Assembly (NCBI GenBank): GCA_973895155.1
Contig: OZ316894.1
Location: 8,022,234 to 8,086,233 of the forward strand
Direction of reading: 5' to 3'
Source: Marsupella aquatica
Lineage: Eukaryota > Plantae > Marchantiophyta
DNA length: 64,000 nt
A program made the position numbers and the translations under genes. Below the pieces are notes generated by a model. That model was not told the DNA's origin. It saw nothing but the letters and a program-made list of their open reading frames with translations, and searched no databases. This document shows, in pieces, positions 62,493 through 64,000 of the stretch. How positions within the stretch are numbered: the stretch's first letter is position 1; every line of letters starts with the position of its first letter.

Positions 62493-64000
62493 ATGGAGAT
62501 TCATGTGGCGGAGAATGGGCAGTCGTTCGGGTTGGACTGCCAGCCGACGTCGACGATAGAAATGTTGCAGAACATCTTGGCTCCCGTCACGGGAATGCCC
62601 GTCCACGACCAAATGCTCATCTGTGGCGACACGAGGCTGGAGCCTCATCGCAACCTAATGTTTTACAAATTGCCGGACGAAGGCCGGCATGTCTTTCTGT
62701 TCAACCGTTCTCGGCTGATAGCCGATTCTCCCTGCCCTCCTGGGGAGGAATTCGAGCCCATTACCACAGTTTTGCCCCCGGCTCCCTCGTCTGCCTCTAC
62801 AGGGAGTCATCCCCTAGATGAAGCATCCGATCCTGCACTGAAAGCGCTCCCTTCGTACGAGGCGCAGTTCAAGTACCACTACCAGAAAGGGCTAGCCATT
62901 CTGAATACTAGTCAGAGGAAATTCGATGCCTGCAGACGGCTGCTTAGGGAACAACAGGTCCAGGAATTGGCGTTGGAGACGGCCAGGGGCAACATGGACT
63001 TCTACTACAAGATAATTGACAACGTGTACTCGGATTTCATCAAGCAGTACAATCGCCAACATAAGCAGCACTCGGAGCTCTTGGCCAATTTGGAGAGGGA
63101 TCTCGAGAGGCTCAGGAGTTGCAGGCTGCATCCCGGTCTGCGGTCTCAGCACCGGGAGACGCTTCTAGACTGTGTGAAGGAGGGGAGGGTCAGGAAGTGG
63201 GCTGAGCATTGTTCCATCTCTTTCAAGCAATTCAACGGGAAGGTGGCAGACTTGAAGGAGGCATATGCTGACCTTCAGAGGAAGGTACAGTATCTGTTTT
63301 ACACTGCCCCCGCCGTGAACGTGAGGGAGTTGGTCGAGACGGTTGGAGACAGTGCACGCTACACAGAAGACCAAGCGAGCATAATCCAGTCTCTCAGCAA
63401 AGACGTCAACACAGTGAAGAAGCTCGTTGATGATTGTGTGAGTAGTCAGTTTTCTGCTTCTCTCCGCCCTCACGATGCAGTTTCTGCTCTCGGACCCATG
63501 TATGATGTGCATGACAAGAGCCATATCCCAAGGATGGAAGCAAATGATCGGGAATTGGGAAAATTGCTTCGTTACTGCCAAAAGAGTAAGAATGACATGA
63601 GCAGGGATGTCCACATTCGTCTGCGGAGCGTGGCTGCTCTTCAATCTAATTTGAAGGATATGAGAAACCAGCTTGCCGTGTTTAAGGAGGCAATGAATCG
63701 TCAAGAGGAGATTTTCACAGAGCTCAGGATAGTTCGCAGAACTGGGTCAGCTTACAAAGCATGCCTTGCAGACGCCTCAAGGAGAAAGGCTTTCATGAAA
63801 CTGTATATGGGGCAAGCCGGTCAGTTGGCTGAAAATCTGGCAAGAAAAAGAGAGGCTGAAGTTAGCCGAAGGGAGGAATTCCTTAAGGCACAGAGTGTTT
63901 ACTTCTCCCGTGAATTATTGGAGGCGATGGGATTGTATGAAAACCCAAGTCAATGCGTGGTAAATATTGCACCATTTGATATGAACTTATTGGATGTTGA
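62493..64000 (+). CDS. ATG11: Autophagy-related protein 11 (ATG11/FIP200-like), 5' partial; continues past the window end
   Basis: The frame from ATG 62493 has no stop before 64000, so it is absent from the ORF track. It reads MEIHVAENGQSFGLDC...HDQMLICGDTRLEP..LMFYKLP...VFLFNRSRL, HPLDEASDPALKALPSYEAQFKYHY, SLSKDVNTVKKLVDDC, SLRPHDAVSALGPMYDVHDKSH and KLYMGQAGQLAE, which are hallmark plant ATG11 peptides. Confidence 0.95.
   Translation, partial: MEIHVAENGQSFGLDCQPTSTIEMLQNILAPVTGMPVHDQMLICGDTRLEPHRNLMFYKLPDEGRHVFLFNRSRLIADSPCPPGEEFEPITTVLPPAPSSASTGSHPLDEASDPALKALPSYEAQFKYHYQKGLAILNTSQRKFDACRRLLREQQVQELALETARGNMDFYYKIIDNVYSDFIKQYNRQHKQHSELLANLERDLERLRSCRLHPGLRSQHRETLLDCVKEGRVRKWAEHCSISFKQFNGKVADLKEAYADLQRKVQYLFYTAPAVNVRELVETVGDSARYTEDQASIIQSLSKDVNTVKKLVDDCVSSQFSASLRPHDAVSALGPMYDVHDKSHIPRMEANDRELGKLLRYCQKSKNDMSRDVHIRLRSVAALQSNLKDMRNQLAVFKEAMNRQEEIFTELRIVRRTGSAYKACLADASRRKAFMKLYMGQAGQLAENLARKREAEVSRREEFLKAQSVYFSRELLEAMGLYENPSQCVVNIAPFDMNLLDV

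Noticed and set aside
62892-63704. Minus-strand ORFs of 86 and 179 aa
   Set aside because: They are antisense shadows of the ATG11 CDS on the plus strand.

Overview
This is eukaryotic land-plant nuclear DNA. It has short GT-AG introns and telo-box/site II motifs; a bryophyte/liverwort-like origin is my inference. No prokaryotic systems, rRNA, tRNA or CRISPR array were found. Seven genes were reconstructed by hand: an intronless PAP2 lipid phosphate phosphatase (beta-type), PET117, a 31-exon SCD1 (DENN+WD40), a 9-exon NUP54, a 3-exon family-1 UDP-glycosyltransferase, a 14-exon TPR-SET-MYND methyltransferase (SET41/SDG41-like), and the 5' part of ATG11. ATG11 is missing from the ORF track because it runs off the window end. 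Intergenic DNA holds MITEs, 3' LINE fragments, many local tandem duplications and decayed coding remnants. The best leads are: (i) two diverged copies of an unidentified Trp-rich protein-coding segment whose premature stops complement each other; (ii) a LINE fragment nested in a dispersed repeat whose empty form is also in the window; (iii) a uORF-dense ATG11 leader; (iv) a Mutator-like MITE with a perfect 10-bp TSD in the SCD1 promoter. No clearly novel biological system can be claimed from the sequence alone.
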